Of a DNA stretch of 64,000 nt, positions 1 through 8,835 are shown in pieces (position 1 is the stretch's first letter; each line of letters opens with the position of its first letter). Source of the stretch: Nitrosopumilus sp. (GTDB lineage: Archaea > Thermoproteota > Nitrososphaeria > Nitrososphaerales > Nitrosopumilaceae); the NCBI GenBank assembly GCA_965223425.1, contig OZ245003.1:832001-896000 (forward strand), written 5' to 3'. The notes under the pieces are model-generated. The model saw nothing but the letters and a program-made list of their open reading frames with translations. It searched no databases and was not told where the DNA came from. A program made the position numbers and the translations under genes.

Positions 1-486
1 GCTCTCACTTTTTCTAGTACCTAAAAGTACGATTACCTCACCATATTCAGATACTCGTTCCTTGATGAATCTGTCTGCATTGGCAATTTTGAGCATGTCC
101 GTACACCATCGAAACATAGACGTTGGTGCAGGATAGCCAAGTCCGAGTATTCGCACCCAGAATGTATCAGATACCTTGGGTCTCAACAAATTAGTAGATA
201 CTGGCAGGTGTGATTCTTTTGCAGCTTTTTCAATATTGGCAAGACTAGTCATGATTCTCTCTACAATCTGTGGAGATTCCACTAGGGTATCAGATGATAT
301 CAGATAGATCTTTTTTTGCAGTTTTTCTTTTTCAAGCCCAGATAATGCATTCCATACAAGCTGCGCCATACAGGTAGAGTCTTTGCCTCCACTGTACCCC
401 AGAATCCACGGTCTGCTATCGCCAAGGTATAACCCTCGAATCTCATCATAAATCTCCTTTAGTGATTTTTCATCAAAGACGCTCAT
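1..486 (-). CDS. dndC: DndC sulfurtransferase, second copy (5' part; runs off the window)
   Basis: Manual translation from ATG at 486: MSVFDEKSLKEIYDEIRGLYLGDSRPWILGYSGGKDSTCM...FRWCTDMLKI. Has the SGGKDS PP-loop, is clearly homologous to 46023..47528, and overlaps the dndB stop (ATGA). Confidence 0.92.
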   Translation of the reverse strand, partial: MSVFDEKSLKEIYDEIRGLYLGDSRPWILGYSGGKDSTCMAQLVWNALSGLEKEKLQKKIYLISSDTLVESPQIVERIMTSLANIEKAAKESHLPVSTNLLRPKVSDTFWVRILGLGYPAPTSMFRWCTDMLKIANADRFIKERVSEYGEVIVLLGTRKSES

Positions 487-1492
487 TTACTTTCAAATCC
501 CAACCTTGTTTTAGAAAGTTTTATTCCACAATTTTTTAATAAAATATTTGCACCGAGCTCTATACCCATAGTTGTCTTTACCATGCGCCCTCCTTGCAAC
601 AAATTTCCTTCCCAAATAGGATTGCTTCTTGACCAATCCATTTCTCTAAGACTGGACAGCTTGTCTTTCCAAGTATCAGCATAATCTTGTAAAAGAACGC
701 ATCCCATTATTCCAAGAGAATTTAGGGAGTTTGTATTACCATGAATGAATTCTTTTCTTACTTCATGTGGCGCAATTTTTTTATCAATTAACAACTTCCA
801 TTCAGGAATAATCTTTGCTAACATGTTCCAAAACTCTTCAACTATTTTTTTTTGTTCTGGTGTAATCTTTTTTAATTTTTTACTTCCAAGCAGTCTCATT
901 GTAGCGTCAGTTACTCCGTTTAATGTAAACACCTTGCTTGATCGATTAGATATTGTTGTATTTTCCAACTCTACTCTATTTTTAAAAATCTCAATACGCT
1001 TTACCATACCAACAATAAATTTAGAAAAATCATCTCGATGATCATATAAAATATTAAGTGACTTTGTTGGCTTTACAACATTTTTATTCAGATCGGAAAA
1101 CATCTGCTGGCTTCGCTCCAATCCGTTATCCTGGAAAAAAACTACTGAGATTGTCTCGTGACCTAATTCTGGTTTTTCTTTTAATGCCTCTTCAATTGCC
1201 TTTCTTCTATGTTGTCCGTCATTTATCAAAAGACGTGAATCCATGTTTATGTAAAGTCTGCCTAGCTTTCCTTCAGGGCCTAAATTCAATGATGGAATAA
1301 ATTTCATGGCACCGTCAACTGAGGCGGTAAGTGATGAAAATATGTAATTATCTGGATTATTCAGGATATAGTTTTTGAGCGCAGGTATTCTTGTCTCGCG
1401 CAAAGTTCGTTGTGCTCGAAGTTCTGCCGGAAGATCATATTCATTGAAGATAAACAATTTTGGGATGATTTTGAGGGGGCACATTGCCACAT

Positions 1493-2860
1493 CAGTAGTT
1501 CCCAGATGTAGATTTGTGCCCAGATGTATGCTTGTGCCCAGATGCCGGTGCGTTACCGCATATTGCAATGCAAAGATCTAGATTAGGTTACGGTGTGCAA
1601 GGTGTCATGAGCAATCAAACACACGACGATCCGATCGCACACCAGTACAACATAGCATCAAACCAGTTTAAAATCTTGCGCTCGTCGTTTCAAAAGCTTG
1701 GCATGCCAATGTCTGAGAGGCACAACGCCGTATACGGATGCAATGACATACTGGACGTGCTAATCAGGGCGTCTGAGAGAAACACGTTTGTAGAATCCCT
1801 CGTACGGCGCAGCAGGCTTCAAGACACGGGCGCACGTACGCCTGATGCAGACCTGGTCATGTCTGCAGTCCGTGGCGTCGAACCGGCAGACGTGCAGGAC
1901 TGGTGTGCAAAGACATTGGCACGCACGGTACGGCACGCCGGCCGTGCAGGAATGCTGCAGGACATCGACGCCATTGCAATAGACGTTACGGACATACCAT
2001 ACCATGGGGAGCAGCTGCAGGAGCATACAAGAAAGTCGCGTCCAAGGGCAGGAACATCCACGTTTCTCTCGTATGTCGCAGTGCACGGAGTCGGCAGGGA
2101 CTCCTCGCAGATTGTCCTAGAGTCGAAGCTGCTGCCGGCAAAGGAGAAACTGGCCGATTTTATAGCCAAAACACGCACGAAAATCCTCAGAGGGGGCGCA
2201 CACTCAAAGACTGTGTTCCTGTACGACCGCGCCTTTTACAACGTTGACTGCATGACAGAGGCAGGAAAGGGCGGGTGCCGCTACATTATGCCTGTCATCA
2301 TGAACTCCAAGATCAAGAGGATAGTCAAGATGTACAAGGACGGAAAGGCAAGCCAGGTATCGCAGCAGTCAATGACCAACAAGGACGGCGTAACTGTGAC
2401 CTACAACCTTGTAATTGTCAAAAGAGACAGGAAGAAGAAGAAAAAGGAGGGGGAGGAGGAGGAAGAGAAGGAGCAATACATTGCATTTGCAACAAACATT
2501 CCCATCAGGAGTGCCAGAGCCATGACAGACATCATACCGGAGCAGTACCGCAAGAGATGGGGCATCGAGACGGGGTTTCGCGTCATAAAGAAAATCATGG
2601 GCAGGACATGCAGCAACTCCCTGGCTGTGAGGCTGCTGATGTTTTACCTGCCGCTGCTTCTGTACAACCTGTGGAGGATTGCCAGGTTCTGCCTTGATGC
2701 AGGAAAGAGGCACGGAAGAGTGTCTTCTGCGGGGGAAAAACTTACCATGGCGTTGTTTATCGTGTACATTACAGGCAGGAACGAGCTGTTTGTCAATGAT
2801 CGAGGCAAGTAGAGCCGGTGCCAGTTGCGGTTGCGGTAAATCTACATCTGGGAACTACTG
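1493..2860 (+). mobile_element. ISH3-family IS (type A), copy 1
   Basis: 23-bp perfect TIR CAGTAGTTCCCAGATGTAGATTT; 4-bp TSD ACAT at 1489-1492 and 2861-2864. Confidence 0.93.
1514..2812 (+). CDS. ISH3-family DDE transposase (true start probably 1568 or 1607)
   Basis: AIDVT, LYDRAFY and YRKRWGIETGFR DDE motifs. Confidence 0.9.
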   Translation: MCPDVCLCPDAGALPHIAMQRSRLGYGVQGVMSNQTHDDPIAHQYNIASNQFKILRSSFQKLGMPMSERHNAVYGCNDILDVLIRASERNTFVESLVRRSRLQDTGARTPDADLVMSAVRGVEPADVQDWCAKTLARTVRHAGRAGMLQDIDAIAIDVTDIPYHGEQLQEHTRKSRPRAGTSTFLSYVAVHGVGRDSSQIVLESKLLPAKEKLADFIAKTRTKILRGGAHSKTVFLYDRAFYNVDCMTEAGKGGCRYIMPVIMNSKIKRIVKMYKDGKASQVSQQSMTNKDGVTVTYNLVIVKRDRKKKKKEGEEEEEKEQYIAFATNIPIRSARAMTDIIPEQYRKRWGIETGFRVIKKIMGRTCSNSLAVRLLMFYLPLLLYNLWRIARFCLDAGKRHGRVSSAGEKLTMALFIVYITGRNELFVNDRGK

Positions 2861-2965
2861 ACATAGAACTTGTGGCTTGCCTGAATTCCACGTATTGCAT
2901 CAAATCCGTATGTCTCACTACCTACTGATTGTTCGGTTTGTTCTTTACCCATACTAACATTAGTT

Positions 2966-3019
2966 GGAAGTATGTTAAAAAGGTTAGGAAGTATGTTTTT
3001 TATATATTGGAAGTATGTT
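2966..3019 (-). promoter_or_regulatory. dndB promoter: TATA-like box flanked by three GGAAGTATGTT direct repeats
   Basis: Repeats start at 2966, 2987 and 3009 (21-22 bp period). AATATATAAAAA on the minus strand lies at about 2997-3008. Confidence 0.6.
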
Positions 3020-3186
3020 TAAAATGCCTTTTTAAGCATCTCAAGGTTTGATTTAGATAGTTTCATTGTGAACATGTTTGCCTTTGGATGTTTGGCTCCT
3101 TTGACCATGGGATGAAAGACTATTTTGATATGATCTCCTTCTTTGGTAACAGTTGCTGGACGATCTCCAATTTTGATTTCAGTCAT
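3019..3186 (-). CDS. 55-aa small protein, paralog of 26096..26263
   Basis: MTEIKIGDRPATVTKEGDHIKIVFHPMVKGAKHPKANMFTMKLSKSNLEMLKKAF; below the ORF-track cutoff but supported by the paralog. Confidence 0.7.
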   Translation of the reverse strand: MTEIKIGDRPATVTKEGDHIKIVFHPMVKGAKHPKANMFTMKLSKSNLEMLKKAF

Positions 3187-3270
3187 ACTTGCAGACTAGT
3201 CATTTTGCTTATTTAGTTTTCCAAATTCTACATGAAAAGGCTATTTTGATAAAAAAGAGGTTTTTGGGCT

Positions 3271-3430
3271 TGATTATTCCATGGGGGCTTGAATGTAAAA
3301 TTCTCAAAAATTATAAGCAAGCCAACATTATAGAATATGTCACGGTTCCCGTCCATGGGAGATGATTCGTCATCTCTCACCGGGAGTTTTTGATTAGATA
3401 ATTTCATGTGATTATTCCATGGGGGCTTGA
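3271..3430 (+). repeat. 22-bp direct repeat TGATTATTCCATGGGGGCTTGA (two copies)
   Basis: Exact copies at 3271-3292 and 3409-3430. Confidence 0.85.
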
Positions 3431-3592
3431 TTCAAAAATTTTTCTTTAGAAAATTTTGATAGGTTAGGTTCTGGGCTCCGTCAGGAGCTCAAGTGATGTG
3501 GTACAAGGACTTCCGATAGGAAGTCCTGAGAGAAAGATGTTGAAGTGCTGAATCAGAGTTCGTTGAATTTATTTTTATGAGGTAAATGCGAA
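3340..3592 (+). ncRNA. Candidate structured non-coding element, copy A
   Basis: Hairpins with UUCG, GUCA and GAUA loops and G-U pairs on the + strand; 3501-3592 is homologous to 50251-50342. Confidence 0.45.
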
Positions 3593-3629
3593 GGAAAAAT
3601 CATGTCATGGTGTGCGTAAAGAGTTTCAA

Positions 3630-3968
3630 GGTGCTGTCCAAATTGACTGATTTGGATCACATGTTCCGTGATTTTTGCGCAAAAACAGGCAAGACGGCGG
3701 TGCTGCCCATGCCAGAAGAATACCGGTGACACCATATCATCAGGTGCTGCCTTGTCCCAAAGAATGGCAAGCAGGAGTACAGCTTACGCTGGGAAAGCCC
3801 TCTCCGCATTACGGCAGTCTTATGCGGCCAGATTGTAGCAGATGCACTTTAGGACAAGCTGCAGCCTTCTCATGGATGCCGTCCTTGCACGGGCGACTGC
3901 GCCGAACCTCTCCTTCATGACAGAAAACGTGTTCTCCACCAGGCTGTACTGGCCGTAGGCCTTTGCAA
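3630..3968 (-). mobile_element. Right-end remnant of the IS5-family element found at 22706..23933
   Basis: Begins with the TIR GGTGCTGTCCAAATT and matches the reverse complement of about 23600-23932. Confidence 0.85.
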
Positions 3969-4065
3969 GCCTCCTAAAAATAAGGCGAAATGATTGTCGT
4001 ACAGCAGAGACACTTGGTATGTGCCACCAATGTTATTAGTTACAACTCAAAGTTAACTCAGAATC

Positions 4066-4383
4066 ATGAGACTCCCCGTTAATGGCACACCGGAATTTGG
4101 AGAATTTTTTCAGTCGTTGAACAAGACAGAGAGGCTGTTCAAGGAACTAGACTCAATTTTAGAGACACTTGCAGAAAACCCCCGATTGGGAGATCTGATA
4201 AGATTTGAGATGATTCCAAAGTCACTCAAGAAAAAATATCCGGATCTTGCCAACTTGTTGCGAGTAAAGGTAAATGGGGATTGGCGGCTATTGTATACTT
4301 TGGTCGGATGGCCACAAAACAAAACAGTACATGTTTTGATGGCTATGCCTCACAAAGAATATGACAGATTGTTTGGTTATTGA
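4066..4383 (+). CDS. RelE/ParE-like toxin-fold protein
   Basis: 105 aa; LETLAENPRLGD...LLRVKVNGDWRLLYT pattern typical of the RelE superfamily. Confidence 0.65.
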   Translation: MRLPVNGTPEFGEFFQSLNKTERLFKELDSILETLAENPRLGDLIRFEMIPKSLKKKYPDLANLLRVKVNGDWRLLYTLVGWPQNKTVHVLMAMPHKEYDRLFGY

Positions 4384-4671
4384 TTATTTCAATGGAATTG
4401 AGTTCTTTTGTAAATCAACTAGTCCTGGCTTGCTTCTTGCAAATATCCAAAATACTGCACCGTTCTTGTCATATGATATTTTGTTTGATTCTTCTAAATA
4501 CACTAAAACTTTCTTGAAGGTGGCATGCTGTACACCACGTGGTAATGCGTTATACAGTTCTGTTACAGTTCTAAAATCGTGATTTGACTCTATTGTTTGC
4601 TCTATCATCTGTATCGTATCCAGATTTGGGCTATGTGCTTTCTTTGTTGCAACAACAGTATTTCCACTCAT
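4384..4671 (-). CDS. Small winged-helix protein
   Basis: 95 aa with SPNLDTIQMIE...TFKKVLVYLEESNKI HTH-like pattern; convergent with the RelE-like gene. Confidence 0.6.
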   Translation of the reverse strand: MSGNTVVATKKAHSPNLDTIQMIEQTIESNHDFRTVTELYNALPRGVQHATFKKVLVYLEESNKISYDKNGAVFWIFARSKPGLVDLQKNSIPLK

Positions 4672-4714
4672 ACAATGTAATGTACACTATTGTATATATA
4701 CATTATTGTATATG

Positions 4715-4860
4715 CAGTCTTCCCAGAAGTACTTCGTAGAGATTACCAAGAGGAGAAACTTTCTACTACAAAGAATCACACGCACCCATAATCTGTAGAA
4801 TCACGAATTACTGGTTACAGTTCAGAGGAAAACTTGGTACTTCAGTCTTCCCAGAAGTAC
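4715..4860 (+). repeat. 18-bp direct repeat CAGTCTTCCCAGAAGTAC (IS-end-like)
   Basis: Copies at 4715-4732 and 4843-4860; resembles the ISH3 TIR CAGTAGTTCCCAGATGTAG. Confidence 0.6.
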
Positions 4861-4974
4861 CTCGAAAATAGTTCCTAAACAGTAACAGATCAATTAGGGC
4901 AGTCCCAGAAGGCCTTCATGCACCACCAAAAAGACCAACTGGGACGTGTGGGATCCTAAAAGTAGTTCACCCTA

Positions 4975-7315
4975 GCTTGTTGCATAACACGCCTAAAATC
5001 CACCACGCAGTTTAAACTGACCAACAAACACACATGTTTCTGACCGAAAAAGCTTTAGATCATGACAGCATGCTCCAAGTGTTGACCGATAATGCAAAGT
5101 ACGTACGGCGTGGTGCAGAGCTGGTAGTGCAGTACAACCCGGACTGGAGCTGCGAGGTAAGGCAGGCCAACTGCGGCAAGGAGGAGGGGGCCCAGTTCCA
5201 GTATGCAGACACCATGATCATATGACAGCCGCACTGAGAACCGCCCTCGGCGTTCCATTCAGGCAGCTGTCCGGGATGGCAGACAAGATGCTTGAGGGGC
5301 ACGACTCGCCGCACCATACCACGTGTGCAGAAGAATGGAGAAATTTGACATTAACATTCACGGCAACGCCATATACGTTCATGATGCATCCCGGCACGTA
5401 ACCCTGGTGGCCGATGCCACCGGACTCAGACAGTGGAACCGTGGAGAATGGATACGCGACAAGTGGAAGGTGGTGGTGCGCAAGGGATACATCAAGATGC
5501 ACCTGCCGGCAGATGCGGACACCGGCATGATACTGGCTGCCGTAGTCACAGACGACAGAACCGGCGACTCGCCGGTGCTGCAGGATCTGCCGGATCAGGC
5601 AGCAGCCGAACCGTTTGCCAAGGCCGGGAAGGACGATGCAAGAAAGAGGCCAAACATGCTTGCAGACGGAGTCTCTCCGCTTGCCGGTTCGGCAGGCGGC
5701 AGGGAAGAAGAAGAAGAAGTGCCAAGTGCCAGCCTGCTTGCCGACTGCGCGTACGCCTCCAAGAAAAACATGAATGCGTGCAGGAGGAAGGGCATCGAGC
5801 CGCTTGTGCCCCTCAAACCATGCTTTACTGAGAGCGGCATGGGCGATGACGGCAAGGCGTGGAACCGGGCCGTGAAAGAGCAGCTGGGAGGCAGCGCAGA
5901 CATGCACGTAGTGAATTGGATTAACAATCGGTCACAAAACAGACAACATTGTTTTATCACAAGATCTAGATCCCAGTGTATGGCAGAATCCGCATGAAAT
6001 ACAACGATTCTGCAATACCGGCAGACAGAAGGTTCCTGTCCGGCGTCTCCAGTGCGCGCCTGCGCAGCATGCAAAAAAAGGAGACAGATCCCAGGGCCGC
6101 AGCAAGGCTGCTGGCATATGCCATGCGCAAGGAGGGCATGTCCATACGCCGGATATGCATGGCCCTCAACAGGTCATATTCCACAGTACGGGGCTGGCTT
6201 GTGCGCGCCGCACAGCTTGGCACCTACGGCAGGTACGACATCAAAAATGAAGGCGCGCCAAACAAGCTCGATCCGGAACAGACAAAGCAGCTGCGCGCAG
6301 ACCTGCTGGCAGGCCCGCGCAGTTGCGGCTTTGAGTCCGGAGTGTGGACGGCACCGCTGCTGGCCGTACACATCAGAAAAAAGTTCGGCGTGCAGTATGC
6401 CACTGTCAGCATATATGACATACTGCACAGGATGGGCTTTTCGTGCAGAAAGCCGCGTCCAAAGCACCCAAGTCAGCCTCAGAATCAGAGAAAAAAGAGT
6501 TTAAAAAAAAAGCAGGGGAGATAATCCGGAGCCATCCAGACCATACGGTGGTTACAGTTGACGAGGCCTCCTTTATCATTGGGTGGAATACCAAGAACGG
6601 GTGGTACCTCAAGGGCAGGCCCGTCACCACTCCAGTCAGCCTGTCGCGCAAAAGGTTCTACTCGTTTGGGGCGCTGTACGACGGCGGCTTTGACTGCAGG
6701 TTCTATGCCAAGGCCGACAGCTACGGCTTTGTGGACATGCTCGGACACCTGCATCTCAAGCACGGCAAGATCATCGTCTTTCTTGATAACGCATCGTACC
6801 ACAAGTCAAAGATGGTCAATGATTTTGTCGACTCGTATGACGGCGACATAGTCCTTGTTTACTTGCCCGTGTACACCCCGGAGCTGAATACCACGGAGGG
6901 GCAGTGGAGGCTGTTAAGAAGGGCCACTGCAAACGTGATGTATGAAAGCACAAAGGTGATGAAGGAATCCATATGGACAATGCTGGATAGACGTGAGGTC
7001 AGGATAACAAGGATGAGCGGTTATTTATCCTAGTCACTACGTCAAGGGACTGACAGTGGAACAGAAAAAGGAGAACAGAAGATACTGGAAGTCGACTGTA
7101 GGGTACGGCAAAAGGTGGAGAATAGGGGCAATCATCTCCGCATTCAAGCGGATGTTCGGAGAGCATCTGCTCTCACGCAAATGGGAGAGCATGGTAAGAG
7201 AGGTAAGGATGAGGATTGCCATGTACAACCGGTGGGTGGCAGTAGCAATGTAGGGGAGCAGGTGCATGGATCCTGGGACGAACGGGATGTGGTCATGCCG
7301 AGTTATGCAACACAC
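4975..7315 (+). mobile_element. IS5-family (IS903-like) element, frameshifted and interrupted by IS630
   Basis: Ends GCTTGTTGCATAAC and GTTATGCAACACAC. Transposase pieces 5034-5908 (ADATG, KMHL, ADCAY) and 7042-7253 (YGKRWRIG) join as DMHVKGLTVEQKK. Confidence 0.85.
5909..7039 (+). mobile_element. IS630-family element type A, copy 1 (two ORFs, probable -1 frameshift)
   Basis: Imperfect TIR TAGTGAATTGGAT / ATCCTAGTCACTA flanked by CG on both sides. ORFs 5976-6524 (HTH) and 6443-7033 (DEAS, DNASYH, YTPELN); A9G run at about 6503. Confidence 0.9.
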
Positions 7316-7854
7316 TATAGCATGCGCCTTTCCTGGGCTGCACGCAGTCATTGACGCATCAGAGCGGCAGATTCAAAGGCCCAAGAACAAGTCCAGGAGA
7401 AAGACACACTATTCGGGCAAAAAGAAGATGCATACGGTCAAGACACAGTACGTTGTAAACGCAGACGGCATGATTATGCACAGGACGCCGCACTCGCCTG
7501 GAAGCAGGCATGACTATTCTGTCTTCAAGTCAAAGTGCCCAAAACTTTCAGGAGATCTGAAAATCCTTGTGGATCTTGGATATCAGGGGATACGGAAGGA
7601 CTATCCGGAGCTTGACGTGTTGATCCCGTACAAGAAGCCAAGGGGCGGCAAGCTTGATGATGCGCAGAAGGAATTCAACCGGGAGCTGTCCAGAGCAAGG
7701 GTACCGGTGAGCATGTCATCTCAAGGATCAAGAAATTCGGCATAATGAGGGACAAGTTTAGGAACAGACTGTGCAGGTATGACTGCATCAATGCCATAAT
7801 CTGCGGCCTGATCAACTACAAGCTGAAGACGCGCGATTTTGTTGTGATACCATG
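7316..7854 (+). pseudogene. IS5/ISL2-type (DDE_Tnp_4) transposase, C-terminal fragment
   Basis: IDASE, YSGKKK, HD and DLGYQG motifs; frameshift near 7710; N-terminus missing. Confidence 0.8.
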
Positions 7855-7893
7855 ACGTAACAAGGAATCAGTTTGGTGAAACGTCAGGTTTTG

Positions 7894-8730
7894 TTAGTAA
7901 TTACAGATCAGGTCTATTTTCGGAACGTCGGTGTTATCCACACCGGTCTGAAAATCCTTTTCTTCTTTCGATGACTGTTTCCATGCTTTTGCCTCTTCTA
8001 GATACTTGGTACAGTCGGTGCCATTCTCTATTATTTCACAGTCACCGTACTCGCCAACGTATGACCAGTATACTAGATCTGCATCATGCATCTCATATGG
8101 AGGTTTACCAAGCAGGGTTGCAGTCTCCTCAATCTCTAATATCTCCGGGGTCAGTACACTCATGTCGCCGAACATGTCTTGCAGGCTAGGCGTCGTTGCG
8201 TTGATCGGATACTCTGCTTCCAGATACGTGTGGAGTTTTTGCAGCGGTTCCAAGTCAGGTTGCTGGTATGTTCCGGCCAACTTGCGCTCGTGTATCACGA
8301 GTGCAGCTATTTTTTCCTTGACTACTACCGTGTCTGTCAGCACGTCAAAGTTGAACGACAACATCGTAAACCCATTTGCCTTTTCCAAATAGGGGTTGCC
8401 TTTACTGTACTCCAGCAGGTCGTTGAGATGGTTATAGGAACTCAGTGCTTGATCCAATCCACCAAAGTGCTCAATTACTGCAGGTGACATCTCATACGGT
8501 ATGAGATAATCGTCAAAGATCTTTCCTTCCTCAAGCGATATCTGCTTTAGATCGTTGATGGACAATTCTACTTGTAGTTCCTCGATGGACAATTCTACTT
8601 GTAGTTCCTCATTTTGGGCGTCTGCCGTGATTTGTGTTGTTAGTACGACACTGGCAGCAGCCATTGTGAGAACTATCCAGAATATTGTTTTATTCATGTT
8701 TAATGATTTTTGAAGGTTGGATATATACAT
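7894..8730 (-). CDS. Secreted acidic hypothetical protein (C-terminus possibly truncated by IS)
   Basis: Signal peptide MNKTIFWIVLTMAAA; 27-bp tandem duplication encoding EELQVELSI. Confidence 0.7.
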   Translation of the reverse strand: MYISNLQKSLNMNKTIFWIVLTMAAASVVLTTQITADAQNEELQVELSIEELQVELSINDLKQISLEEGKIFDDYLIPYEMSPAVIEHFGGLDQALSSYNHLNDLLEYSKGNPYLEKANGFTMLSFNFDVLTDTVVVKEKIAALVIHERKLAGTYQQPDLEPLQKLHTYLEAEYPINATTPSLQDMFGDMSVLTPEILEIEETATLLGKPPYEMHDADLVYWSYVGEYGDCEIIENGTDCTKYLEEAKAWKQSSKEEKDFQTGVDNTDVPKIDLICNY

Positions 8731-8749
8731 TCATCTTCAAAGTGAAACA

Positions 8750-8835
8750 TGTGGGATATGAAAAGTAGTTTGTCCCCTATGAAACATCATGTTCCTCTCC
8801 TGTCTTCTCATCTATGACCGTTTGGCCTGCAGGCG
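8750..8835 (+). mobile_element. Isolated left end of the IS110 element
   Basis: Near-identical to 18442-18527; cut off by IS630 type B. Confidence 0.85.

Larger units (their letters stand above)
483..2952 (-). pseudogene. dndB: DndB (DGQHR-domain regulator) interrupted by an ISH3-family IS
   Basis: INDGQHR and QQMFSDLN motifs. The true N-terminus (MGKEQTEQSVGSETYGFDAIRGIQASHKFYV) lies at 2952-2861 and joins AMCPLKIIP in frame once the IS and one ACAT copy are removed. Confidence 0.92.

Noticed and set aside
1493-1568. N-terminus MQYAVTHRHLG... of ORF 483..1568 (also seen in 60662..60886)
   Set aside because: It is the reverse strand of the IS left end; the real dndB start is at 2952.
1760-2713. 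Antisense and alternate-frame ORFs in transposases (also in the HYR gene and the dnd genes)
   Set aside because: Shadow ORFs of real genes; they recur only because the IS copies are near-identical.
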